Part shown: piece after piece, positions 11,001-24,000 of the stretch
How positions within the stretch are numbered: position 1 is the first letter of the stretch
How the letters are laid out: every line of letters begins with the position of its first letter
From: Balanoglossus misakiensis
Lineage: Eukaryota > Animalia > Hemichordata
Length of the DNA stretch: 64,000 nt
Assembly (NCBI GenBank): GCA_040954595.2
Contig: CM082583.2
Span: 938,825-1,002,824 of the forward strand
Direction: 5' to 3'
The notes under the pieces: generated by a model
Seen by the model: only the letters and a program-made list of their open reading frames with translations
Database searches by the model: none
What the model was told of the DNA's origin: nothing
Program-made: the position numbers and the translations under genes

Positions 11001-14000
11001 ATCTGACTTGATCATCGTGGTCAATGTACGCGTGTTTCCGCTCTAAAGTGCCGGGGCTTCAGCTAAACCAGGCCGTAGGAAATCCGACGTAATCACCGTT
11101 GATAACTTACGCCAGTCTGTGTCATATAGAGCCGGTGCACCAGCCGAGTCACGCCGTAGGAATCTAATTTGATCAACGTGGTCAATGTACGCCTGTTTCT
11201 GCTCTAGAGTGCCGGGGCTTCAGCTGAGCCAGGCCGTAGGAAACCCGACGTGATTACCGTTGTTAACTTACGCCAGTCTGTGTCCTATATATAGTGCGGG
11301 GCATCAGCCGTGCCAGGCCTAAGGAAATGTGAGTAGATCAATGTGGTCTCTGTACGCGTGTTTCTGCTCTAGAATGCCAGGGCTTTAGCCAAGCCATGCC
11401 GTAGGAAATCTGAATTGATCAACGTTGCTAACGAACGCTAGTGTCTGTCATAGTGTGCCGGGGTTTTAGTCGAGCCAAGCCGTAGGAGATCTGACTTGAT
11501 CATCGTGGTCAATGTACGCGTGTTTCCGCTCTAAAGTGCCGGGGCTTGAGCTAAACCAGGCCGTAGGAAATCCGACGTAATCACCGTTGATAACTTACGC
11601 CAGTCTGTGTCATATAGAGCCGGTGCACCAGCGGAGTCACGCCGTAGGAATCTGATTTGATCAACGTGGTCAATGTACGCCTGTTTCTGCTCTAGAGTGC
11701 CGGGGCTTCAGCTGAGCCAGGCCGTAGGAAACCCGACGTGATTACCGTTGTTAACTTACGCAAGTCTTGTCCTATATATACTGCCGGGGCATCAGCCGTG
11801 CCAGGCCGAAGGAAATGTGAGTAGATCAACGTGGTTTCTGTACGCGTGTTTCTGCTCTAGAGTGCCAGGGCTTTAGCCAAGCCATGCCGTAGGAAATCTG
11901 ACTTGATCAACGTTGCTAACGAACGCTAGTGTCTGTCATATTGTGACGGAGATTTAGCCGAGCCAGGCCGTAGAAAAATCGACTTGTTCAACGTTACCAG
12001 TGTGCAACTGTTTCTGCTCTAGAGTGTCAGGGTTTTAGCCGACTTATGCTGTAGGAAATCTGAGTTGATGAATGGGAATTCAATGTTTAAAAACCTGTGT
12101 GGAAAGTGTCTCTACCCTTTTGAAACTAAGAAAAGAATTTATTCTTATTTATTTTGAAAAAATCACAATTTTTCGAAAAAAAGTCGAAAATGGTAATTTT
12201 GTCATGGGTGATTCAAATTATACCGCCTTTTCTGGAATTTGCAGCACTTTTTACAAGAGAACGACACTTCATGCTCCATAATATTTCCGAAAATGAAGAA
12301 AAGAGTTAATTTTTTATGATTTTTTAAAAATTTACAATTTTTGTCAAAATATGGCCAAAATGGCTATTTTTTCTTGAATTCCGTCAATATCTCTGCATTT
12401 TTGGAGTGGTCGAAAGTTTTAACATACAATCAACATGTCATATATGATCAGGGCACCAAATTCGAAGAACAAAGTTTTTTTTTTATTTTTTTTTCTAAAA
12501 ATGACATTTTCAAGGAAAATTTGGTAAAACGCAATTTTGTCTGCAGTGAGCCAAATTGGCCGTTTTTTGTGGAATTTGTATCGATATATGTATACGAAGA
12601 GCATTCTATACTCCATCAGATTTCCGAAAATGTAGAAAACAGGTATTTTTTGTAATTTTCAAAAATTTACCATTTTGACCGAATTGTGGCTAAAATTGTT
12701 ATTTTCGCGTTGAATGCCGCCAGTGTCACTGCTTTTAAAAGTCATTAAAACTTTTAACATACAAGCAATTGTTTATATATGATCAGGTCACCGAATTTAA
12801 AGAATAAAGAATATTTTCCCTAAAAATGACCTTTTTGGTGCAAAAACGAATAAAACGCAATTTTGTATTAAATCAGCTCATTCAGAGTGCATTTTTTATA
12901 ATCAGCACCATTTTTACATATAATGGAAATTTCATACATCATCAGATATCCAAATATGAAAAAATGATTTAGATTTTAGATGATTGTCCAAAAGTAGCTG
13001 ATATCTAATAAATGTAGTATTGAACCGTTCTGTCCCCCCCCCCCCTACATTACATGCGGTACGCCGATGTCAGCTTACCCATCAGTACTGCAGGCCGTGC
13101 CCACAACTAACGTCGGTGTTTGAAACGCCCTGGTTAAATTCGGGCTTTCTCTATAAATTGACAGGCAATAATGTAGTCCTACCGGAACAAATGTCGAGTG
13201 TTGACCCGCTGTGACTTTCCCCCTTCGGTTTGCCCGACTTAGCCAACGTCTTTGTACTAGAGTGTCGGGTCTTTTGCAGAGCCAGGCCGAAGGAAATCCG
13301 ACTTGATCACCGTTGCTAACGAACGCTAGTGTCTGTCATGGTGTGCCGGGGTTTTAGTCGAGCCAGGCCGTAGGAGATCTGACTTGATCATCGTGGTCAA
13401 TGTACGCGTGTTTCCGCTCTAAAGTGCCGGGGCTTCAGCTAAACCAGGCCGTAGGAAATCCGACGTAATCACCGTTGATAACTTACGCCAGTCTGTGTCA
13501 TATAGAGCCGGTGTACCAGCTGAGTCACGCCGTGGGAAATCTTACTTGATCAACGTGGTCAATGTACGCCTGTTTCTGCTCTAGAGAGCCGGGGCTTCAG
13601 CTGAGCCAGGCCGTAGGAAACCCGACGTGATTACCGTTGTTAACTTACGCCAGTTTGTGTCCTATATATAGTGCCGGGGCATCAGCCGTGCCAGGCCGAA
13701 GGAAATGTGAGTAGATCAACGTGGTCTCTGTACGCGTGTTTCTGCTCTAGAGTGCCAGGGCTTTAGCCAAGCCATGCCGTAGAAAATCTGACTTGATCAC
13801 CGTTGCTAACGAACGCTAGTGTCTGTCATAGTGTGCCGGGGTTTTAGTCGAACCAAGCCGTAGGAGATCAGACTTGATCAACGTGGTCTCTGTACGCGTG
13901 TTTCTGCTCTGGAGTGACGGGGCTTTATCCAAGCCATGCCGTAGAAAATCTGACTTGATCACCGTTGCTAACCTACGCTAGTGTCTGTCATATTGTGACG

Positions 14001-17000
14001 GAGATTTAGCCGAGCCAGGCCGTAGAAAAATCGACTTGTTCAACGTTACCAGTGTGCAACTGTTTCTGCTCTAGAGTGTCAGGGTTTTAGCCGACTTATG
14101 CTGTAGGAAATCTGAGTTGATGAACGGGAATTCAATGTTAGAAATCCGTGTGGAAAGTATCTCTACCCGTTTGGAACTAAGAAAAGAATTTATTCTTATT
14201 TATTTTGTAAAAAAACAATATTTCGAAAAAAAGTCGAAAATGGTAATTTTGTCTTGGGTGATTCAAATTATACCGCCTTTTCTGGAATTTGCAGCACTTT
14301 TTACAAGAGAACGACACTTCATGCTCCATAATATTTCCGAAAATGAAGAAAAGAGTTAATTTTTTATGATTTTTTTAAAAATTTACCATTTTTGTCAAAA
14401 TATGGCCAAAATGGCTATTATTTCTTGAATTCCGTCAATATCTCAGCATTTTTGGAGTGGTCGAAAGTTTTAACATACAATCAACATGTCATATATGATC
14501 AGGCACTAAATTCGAAGAACAAAGGTTTTTTATTTTTATTTTCTAAAAATGACATTTTCAAGGAAAATTTGGTAAAACGCAATTTTGTCTGCAGTGAGCC
14601 AAATTAGACGGTCTTTTGTGGAATTTGTATCGATATATACATACGAAGAGCATTCTATACTCCATCAGATTTCCGAAAATGTAGAAAACAGGTATTTTTT
14701 GTAATTTTCAAAAATTAACCATTTTGACCGAATTGTGGCTAAAATTGTTATTTTCGTGTTGAATGCCGCCAGTGTCATTGCTTTTAAAAGTCATAAACAA
14801 TTTTAACATACAAGCAATTGTTTATATATGATAAGGTCACCGAATTAAAAAAATAAAGAATGTTTTGACTAAAAATGACCTTTTTGGTGCAAAAACGAAT
14901 AAAACGCAATTTTGTATTAAATCAGCTCATTCAGAGTGCATTTTTATAATCAGCACCATTTTTACATATAATGGAAATTTCATACATCATCAGATATCCA
15001 AATATGAAAAGATGATTTACATTTTAGATGATTGTCAAAAATTAGCTGATATCTGATAAATGTAGTATTGAACCGTTCTGTCCCCCCCCCCTTACATTAT
15101 ATGCGGTACGCCGATGTCAGCTTACCCGGCAGTACTGTAGGCCGTGCCCCCAACAAACGTCGGTGTTTGAAACGCCCTGGTTAAATTCGGGCTCTCTCTA
15201 TAAATCGACAGGCAATAATGCAGTCCTACCGGAACAAATGTCGAGTGTTGACCCGCTGCGACTTTCCCTCTTCGGTTTGCCCAACTTAGCCAACGTCTTT
15301 GTACTAGAGTGTCGGGTCTTTTGCAGAGCCAGGCCGAAGGAAATCCGACTTGATCACCGTTGCTAACGAACGCTAGTGTCTGTCATGGTGTGCCGGGGTT
15401 TTAGTCGAGCCAGGCCGTAGGAGATCTGACTTGATCATCGTGGTCAATGTACGCGTGTTTCCGCTCTAAAGTGCCGGGGCTTCAGCTAAACCAGGCCGTA
15501 GGAAATCCGACGTAATCACCGTTGATAACTTACGCCAGTCTGTGTCATATAGAGCCGGTGCACCAGCCGAGTCACGCCGTAGGAAATCTGACTTGATCAA
15601 CGTGGTCAATGTACGCCTGTTTCTGCTCTAGAGTGCCGGGGCTTCAGCTAAGCCAGGCCGTAGGAAACCCGACGTGATTACAGTTGTTAACTTACGCCAG
15701 TCTGTGTCCTATATATAGTGCCGGGGCATCAGCCGTGCCAGGCCGAAGGAAATGTGAGTAGATCAACGTGGTCTCTGTACGCGTGTTTCTGCTCTAGAGT
15801 GTCAGGGCTTTAGCAAAGCCATGCCGTAGGAAATCTGACTTGATCAACGTTGCTAGCGAACGCTAGTGTCTGTCATAGTGTGCCGGGGTTTTAATCGAGC
15901 CAAGCCGTAGGAGATCAGACTTGATCAACGTGGTCTCTGTACGCGTGTTTCTGCTCTTGAGTGCCGGGGCTTTATCCAAGCCATGCCGTAGAAAATCTGA
16001 CTTGATCACCGTTGCTAACGTACGCTAGTGTCTGTCATATTGTGACGGAGATTTAGCCGTAAAAAATCGACTTGTTCAACGTTACCAGTGTGCAACTGTT
16101 TCTGCTCTAGAGTGTCAGGATTTTAGCCGATTTATGCTGTAGGAAATCAGAGTTGATGAACGGGAATTCAATGTTAGAAAACCCGTGTGGAAGTATCTCT
16201 ACCCGTTTGAAACTAAGAAAAGAATTTATTCTTATTTATTTTGTAAAAAAGACAATTTTTCGAAACAAAGGCGAAAATGGTAATTTTGTCATGGGTGATT
16301 CAAATTATACCACCTTTTCTGGAATTTGCAGCACTTTTTACAAGAGAACGACACTTCATGCTCTATAATATTTCCGAAAATGAAGAAAAGAGTTAATTTT
16401 TTATGATTTTTTAAAATTTTACCATTTTTGTCAAAATATGGCCAAAATGGCTATTTTTTCTTGAATTCCGTCAATATCTCTGCATTTTTGGAGTGGTCGA
16501 AACTTATAACATACAATCAACATGTCATATATGATCGGGGCACCAAATTCGAAGAACAAAGGTTTTTTTATTTTTTTTTCTAAAAATGACATTTTCAAGG
16601 AAAATTTGGTAAAACGCAATTTTGTCTGCAGTGAGCCAAATTAGACGGTCTTTTGTGGAATTTGTATCGATATATACATACGAAGAGCATTCTATACTCC
16701 ATCAGATTTCCGAAAATGTAGAAAAGGGTATTTTTTGTAATTTTGAAAAATTTTCCATTTTGACCAAATTGTGGCTAAAATTGTTATTTTCGTGTTGAAT
16801 GCCGCCAGTGTCACTGCTTTTAAAAGTCATAAAAACTTTTAACATACAAGCCATTCTTTATATATGATCAGGTCACCGAATTAAAAAAATAAAGAATGTT
16901 TTGCCTAAAAATGACCTTTTAGGTGCAAAAACGAATAAAACGTAATTTTGTATTAAATCAGTTCATTCAGAGTGCATTTTTTATAATCAGCACCATTTTT

Positions 17001-17904
17001 ACATATAATGGAAATTTCATACATCATCATATATCCAAATATGAAAAAATGATTTAGATTTTAGATGATTGTCCAAAATTAGCTGATATCTAATAAATGT
17101 AGTATTGAACCGTTCTGTTTCCCCCCCCCCCTATATTATATGCGGTACGCCGATGTCAGCTTACCCGTCAGTACTGCAGGCCGTGCCCCCAACTAACGTC
17201 GGTGTTTGTAACGCCCTGGTTAAATTCGGGCTTTCTCTATAAATTGACAGGCAATAATGCAGTCCTACCCGAACAAATGTCGAGTGTTGACCCGCTGTGA
17301 CTTTCCCTCTTCGGTTTGCCCGACTTAGCCAACGTCTTTGTACTAGAGTGTCGGGTCTTTTGCAGAGCCAGGCCGAAGGAAATCCGACTTGATCACCGTT
17401 GCTAACGAACGCTAGTGTCTGTCATGGTGTGCCGGGGTTTTAGTCGAGCCAGGCCGTAGGAGATATGCCTTGATCATCGTGGTCAATGTACGCGTGTTTC
17501 CGCTCTAAAGTGCCGGGGCTTCAGCTAAACCAGGCCGTAGGAAATCCGACGTAATCACCGTTGATAACTTACGCCAGTCTGTGTCATATAGAGCCGGTTC
17601 ACCAGCCGAGTCACGCCGTAGGACATCTGACCTGATCAACGTGGTCAATGTACGCCTGTTTCTGCTCTAGAGTGCCGGGGCTTCAGCTGAGCCAGGCCGT
17701 AGGAAACCCGACGTGATTACCGTTGTTAACTTACGCCAGTCTGTGTCCTATATATAGTGCCGGGGCATCAGCCGTGCCAGGCCGAAGGAAATGTTAGTCG
17801 ATCAACGTGGTCTCTGTACGCGTGTTTCTGCTCTAGAGTGTCAGGGCTTTAGCAAAGCCATGCCGTAGGAAATCTGACTTGATCAACGTTGCTAACGAAC
17901 GCTC

Positions 17905-17958
17905 AATATTTTTAAGCGTAATTTGAAAACATACCTTTTTACTCGGTTTTATGTGTAA
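17905..17958 (+). pseudogene. C-terminal 17 codons of a LINE ORF2 (endonuclease/reverse transcriptase) remnant
   Basis: Manual translation gives NIFKRNLKTYLFTRFYV-stop. This matches the FKxxLKTxLF motif typical of the extreme C-terminus of L2-clade ORF2 proteins (recognised from knowledge; no search was run). Confidence 0.78.
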
Positions 17959-18030
17959 CGTGTTCGATTGTGTCCTTTTAACTATTTTTACCAGCCTTGT
18001 ATTTTTTTATCTACTGTTTTAGCTGTGCAC

Positions 18031-18059
18031 AATGCGCTGAGACGTATGTGTAGCGCATT
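18031..18059 (+). other. LINE 3'-UTR stem-loop (putative reverse-transcriptase recognition element)
   Basis: Perfect 8-bp inverted repeat AATGCGCT (18031-18038) / AGCGCATT (18052-18059) around 13 nt, ending about 12 nt upstream of the tail. This is the position of the recognition stem-loop in stringent L2-type LINEs. Confidence 0.75.
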
Positions 18060-18071
18060 TTAAACAATTCT

Positions 18072-18092
18072 TAATAATAATAATAATAATAA
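18072..18092 (+). repeat. (TAA)7 microsatellite tail of the LINE insertion
   Basis: TAATAATAATAATAATAATAA runs into the AA of the 3' target-site duplication. Confidence 0.93.
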
Positions 18093-21000
18093 CGCTAGTG
18101 TCTGTCATAGTGTGCCGGGGTTTTAGTCGAGCCAAGCCGTAGGAGATCAGACTTGATCAACGTGGTCTCTGTACGCGTGTTTCTGCTCTAGAGTGCCGGG
18201 GCTTTATCCAACCCATGCCGTTGAAAATCTGACTTGATCACCGTTGCTAACGTACGCTAGTGTCTGTCATATTGTGACGAGATTTAGCCGAGCCAGGCCG
18301 TAGAAAAATCGACTTGTTCAACGTTATCAGTGTGCAACTGTTTCTGCTCTAGAGTGTCAGGGTTTTAGCCGACTTATGCTGTAGGAAATCTGAGTTGATG
18401 AACGGGAATTCAATGTTAGAAAACCCGTGTGGAAAGTATCTCTACCCGTTTGAAACTAAGAAAAGAATTTATTCTTATTTATTTTTTAAAAAAGACAATT
18501 TTTCGAAAACAAGTCGAAAATGGTAATTTTGTCTTGGGTGATTCAAATTATACCACATTTTCTGGAATTTGCAGCACTTTTTACAAGAGAACGACACTTC
18601 ATGCTCCATAATATTTCCGAAAATGAAGAAAAGAGTTTATTTTTTATGATTTTTTACAAATGTACCATTTTGTCAAAATATGGCCAAAATGGCTATTTTT
18701 TCTTGAATTCCGTCAATATCTCTGCATTTTTGGAGTGGTCGAAAGTTTTAACATACAATCAACATGTCATATATGATCAGGGCACCAAATTCGAAGAACG
18801 AAGGTTTTTTTATTTTATTTTTCTAAAAATGACATTTTCAAGAAAAATTTGGTAAAACGCAATTTTGTCTGCAGTGAGCCAAATTAGACGGTCTTTTGTG
18901 GAATTTGTATCGATATATATATACGAAGAGCATTCTATACTCCATCAGATTTCCGAAAATGTAGAAAACAGGTATTTTTTGTAATTTTCAAAAATTTACC
19001 ATTTTGACCAAATTGTGGTTAAATTGTTATTTTCGTGTTGAATGCCGCCAGTGTCACTGCTTTTAAATGTCATAAAAACTTTTAACATGCAAGCAATTGC
19101 TTATATATGATCAGGCCACCGAATTAAAAAAATAAAGAATGTTTTGCCTAAAAATGACCTTTTTGGTGCAAAAACGAATAAAAAGCAATTTTGTATTAAA
19201 TCAGCTCATTCAGAGTGCATTTTTTATAATCAGCACCATTTTTACATATATTGGAAATTTCATACATCATCAGATATCCAAATATGAAAAAATGATTTAG
19301 ATTTTAGATGATTGTCCAAAATTAGCTGATATCTAATAAATGTAGTATTGAACCGTTCTGTCCCACCCCCCCCCCCCTACATTATATGCGGTACGCCGAT
19401 GTCAGCTTACCCGGCAGTACTGCAGGCCGTGCCCCCAAATAACGTCGGTGTTTGAAACGCCCTGGTTAAATTCGGGCTTTCTCTATAAATTGACAGGCAA
19501 TAATGCAGTCCTACCCGAACAAATATCGAGTGTTGACCCGCTGTGACTTTCCCTCTTCGGTTTGCCCGACTTAGCCAACGTCTTTGTACTAATGTGTCGG
19601 GTCTTTTGCAGAGCCAGGCCGAAGGAAATCCGACTTGATCACCGTTGCTAACGAACGCTAGTGTCTGTCATGGTGTGCCGGGGTTTTAGTCGAGCCAGGC
19701 CGTAGGAGATCTGACTTGATCATCGTGGTCAATGTACGCGTGTTTCCGCTCTAAAGTGCCGGGGCTTCAGCTAAACCATGCCGTAGGAAATCCGACGTAA
19801 TCACCGTTGATAACTTTCGCCAGTCTGTGTCATATAGAGCCGGTGCACCAGCCGAGTCACGCCGTAGGAAATCTTACTTGATCAACGTGGTCAATGTACG
19901 CCTGTTTCTGCTCTAGAGTGCCGGGGCTTCAGCTGAGCCAGGCCGTGGGAAACCCGACGTGATTACCGTTGTTAACTTACGCCAGTTTGTGTCCTATATA
20001 TAGTGCCGGGGCATCAGCCGTGCCAGGCCGAAGGAAATGTGAGTAGATCAACGTGGTCTCTGTACGCGTGTTTCTGCTCTAGAGTGCCAGGGCTTTAGCC
20101 AAGCCATGCCGTAGGAAATCTGACTTGATCAACGTTGCTAACGAACGCTAGTGTCTGTCATAGTGTGCCGGGGTTTTAGTCGAGCCAAGCCGTAGGAGAT
20201 CAGACTTGATCAACGTGGTCTCTGTACGTGTGTTTCTGCTCTAGAGTGCCGGGGCTTTATCCAACCCATGCCGTAGAAAATCTGACTTGATCACCGTTGC
20301 TAACGTACGCTAGTGTCTGTCATATTGTGACGGAGATTTAGCCGAGCCAGGCCGTAGAAAAATCGACTTGTTCAACGTTACCAGTGTGCAACTGTTTCTG
20401 CTCTAGAGTGTCAGGGTTTTAGCCGACTTATGCTGTAGGAAATCTGAGTTGATGAACGGGAATTCAATGTTAGAAAACCCGTGTGGAAAGTATCTCTACC
20501 CGTTTGAAACTAAGAAAAGAATTTATTCTTATTTATTTTGTAAAAAAGACAATTTTTCGAAAAAAAGTCGAAAAATTGCAATTTTGTCTTGGGTGATTCA
20601 AATTATACCGCCTTTTCTGGAATTTGCAGCACTTTTTACAAGAGAACGACACTTCATGCTCCATAATATTTCCGAAAATGAAGAAAAGAGTTAATTTTTT
20701 ATGATTTTTCAAAAATTTACCATTTTGTCAAAATATGGCCAAAATGGCTATTTTTTCTTGAATTCCGTCAATATCTCTGCATTTTTGGAGTGGTCGAAAG
20801 TTTTAACATACAATCAACATGTCATATATGATCAGGGCACCAAATTCGAAGAACGAAGGTTTTTTTATTTTATTTTTCTAAAAATGACATTTTCAAGGAA
20901 AATTTGGTAAAACGCAATTTTGTCTGCAGTGAGCCAAATTAGACGGTCTTTTGTGAAATTTGTATCGATATATATATACGAAGAGCATTCTATACTCCAT

Positions 21001-24000
21001 CAGATTTCCGAAAATGTAGAAAACAGGTATTTTTTGTAATTTTCAAAAATTTACCATTTTGACCAAATTGTGGTTAAAATTGTTATTTTCGTGTTGAATG
21101 CCGCCAGTGTCACTGCTTTTAAAAGTCATAAAAACTTTTAACATGCAAGCAATTGCTTATATATGATCAGGCCACCGAATTAAAAAAATAAAGAATGTTT
21201 TGCCTAAAAATGACCTTTTTGGTGCAAAAACGAATAAAACGCAATTTTGTATTAAATCAGCTCATTCAGAGTGCATTTTTTATAATCAGCACCATTTTTA
21301 CATATATTGAAAATTTCATACATCATCAGATATCCAAATATGAAAAAATGATTTAGATTTTAGATGATTGTCCAAAATTAGCTGATATCTAATAAATGTA
21401 GTATTGAACCGTTCTGTCCCCCCCCCCCCCTACGTTATATGCGGTACGCCAATGTCAGCTTACCCGGCAGTACTGCAGGCCGTGCCCCCAAATAACGTCG
21501 GTGTTTGAAACGCCCTGGTTAAATTCGGGCTTTCTCTATAAATTGACAGGCAATAATGCAGTCCTACCCGAACAAATGTCGAGTGTTGACCCGCTGTGAC
21601 TTTCCCTCTTCGGTTTGCCCGACTTAGCCTACGTCTTTGTACTAATGTGTCGGGTCTTTTGCAGAGCCAGGCCGAAGGAAATCCGACTTGATCATCGTTG
21701 CTAACGAACGCTAGTGTCTGTCATGGTGTGCCGGGGTTTTAGAAGAGCCAGGCCGTAGGAGATCTGACTTGATCATCGTGGTCAATGTACGCGTGTTTCC
21801 GCTCTAAAGTGCCGGGGCTTCAGCTAAACCAGGCCGTAGGAAATCCGACGTAATCACCGTTGATAACTTACGCCAGTCTGTGTCATATAGAGCCGGTGCA
21901 CCAGCCGAATCACGCCGTAGGAAATCTGACTTGATCAACGTGGTCAATGTACGCCTGTTTCTGCTCTAGAGTGCCGGGGCTTCAGCTGAGCCAGACCGTA
22001 GGAAACCCGACGTGATTACCGTTGTTAACTTACGCCAGTCTGTGTCCTATATATAGTGCCGGGGCATCAGCCGTGCCAGGACGAAGGAAATGTGAGTAGA
22101 TCAACGTGGTCTCTGTACGCGTGTTTCTGCTCTAGAGTGCCGGGGCTTTATCCAAGCCATGCCGTAGAAAATCTGACTTGATCACCGTTGCTAACGTGCG
22201 CTAGTGTCTGTCATATTGTGACGGAGATTTAGCCGAGCCAGGCCGTAGAAAAATCGACTTGTTCAACGTTACCATTGTGCAACTGTTTCTGCTCTAGAGT
22301 GTCAGGGTTTTAGCCGACTTATGCTGTAGGAAATCTGAGTTGATGAATGGGAATTCAATGTTAAAAAACCTGTGTGGAAAGTGTCTCTACCCTTTTGAAA
22401 CTAAGAAAATAATTTATTCTTATTTATTTTGTAAAAATCACAATTTTTCGAAAAAAAGTCGAAAATGGTAATTTTGTCATGGGTGATTCAAATTATACCG
22501 CCTTTTCTGGAATTTGCAGCACTTTTTACAAGAGAACGACACTTCATGCTCCATAATATTTCCGAAAATGAAGAAAAGAGTTAATTTTTTATGATTTTTT
22601 AAAAATTTACCATTTTTGTCAAAATATGGCCAAAATGGCTATTTTTTCTTGAATTCCGTCAATATCTCTGCATTTTTGGAGTGGTCGAAAGTTTTAATAT
22701 ACAATCAACATGTCATATATGATCAGGGCACCAAATTCGAAGAACAAAGGTTTTTTTTATTTTTTTTTCTAAAAATGACATTTTCAAGGAAAATTTGGTA
22801 AAACGCAATTTTGTCTGCAGTGAGCCAAATTGGCCGTTTTTTGTGGAATTTGTATCGATATATGTATACGAAGAGCATTCTATACTCCATCAGATTTCCG
22901 AAAATGTAGAAAACAGGTATTTTTTGTAATTTTCAAAAATTTACCATTTTGACCGAATTGTGGCTAAAATTGTTATTTTCGTGTTGAATGCCGCCAGTGT
23001 CACTGCTTTTAAAAGTCATTAAAACTTTTAACATACAAGCAATTGTTTATATACGATCAGGTCACCGAATTTAAAGAATAAAGAATGTTTTCCCTAAAAA
23101 TGACCTTTTTGGTGCAAAAACGAATAAAACGCAATTTTGTATTAAATCAGCTCATTCAGAGTGCATTTTTTATAATCAGCACCATTTTTACATATAATGG
23201 AAATTTCATACATCATCAGATATCCAAATATGAAAAAATGATTTAGATTTTAGATGATTGTCCAAAAGTAGCTGATATCTAATAAATATAGTATTGAACC
23301 GTTCTGTTCCCCCCTCCCCTACATTAAATGCGGTACGCCGATGTCAGCTTACCCGTCAGTACTGCAGGCCGTGCCCACAACTAACGCCGGTGTTTAAAAC
23401 GCCCTGGTTAAATTCGGGCTTTCTCTATAAATTGACAGGCAATAATGTAGTCCTACCGGAACAAATGTCGAGAGTTGACCCGCTGTGACTTTCCCTCTTC
23501 GGTTTGCCCGACTTAGCCAACGTCTTTGTACTAGAGTGTCGGGTGTTTTGCAGAGCCAGGCCGAAGGAAATCCGACTTGATCACCGTTGCTAACGAACGC
23601 TAGTGTCTGTCATGGTGTGCCGGGGTTTTAGTCGAGCCAGGCCGTAGGAGATCTGACTGGATCAACGTGGTCTCTGTACGCGTGTTTCTGCTCTAGAGTG
23701 CCGGGGCTTTATCCCAGCCATACCGTAGAAAATCTGACTTGATCACCGTTGCTAACGTGCGCTAGTGTCTGTCATATTGTGACGGAGATTTAGCCGAGCC
23801 AGGCCGTAGAAAAATCGACTTGTTCAACGTTACCATTGTGCAACTGTTTCTGCTCTAGAGTGTCAGGGTTTTAGCCGACTTATGCTGTAGGAAATCTGAG
23901 TTGATGAATGGGAATTCAATGTTAAAAAACCTGTGTGGAAAGTGTCTCTACCCTTTTGAAACTAAGAAAATAATTTATTCTTATTTATTTTGTAAAAATC

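Larger units (their letters stand above)
17904..18090 (+). mobile_element. 5'-truncated non-LTR retrotransposon (L2/CR1-group LINE) 3' end, 187 bp, with 6-bp target-site duplication AACGCT
   Basis: This sequence is absent from all other units, whose empty site reads GCTAACG-AACGCT-AGTGTC. It is flanked by AACGCT at 17898-17903 and 18091-18096. It contains an ORF end NIFKRNLKTYLFTRFYV*, a T-rich 3'UTR, a stem-loop and a (TAA)n tail. Unit 9 is 2246 bp = 2053 + 187 + 6. Confidence 0.9.
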
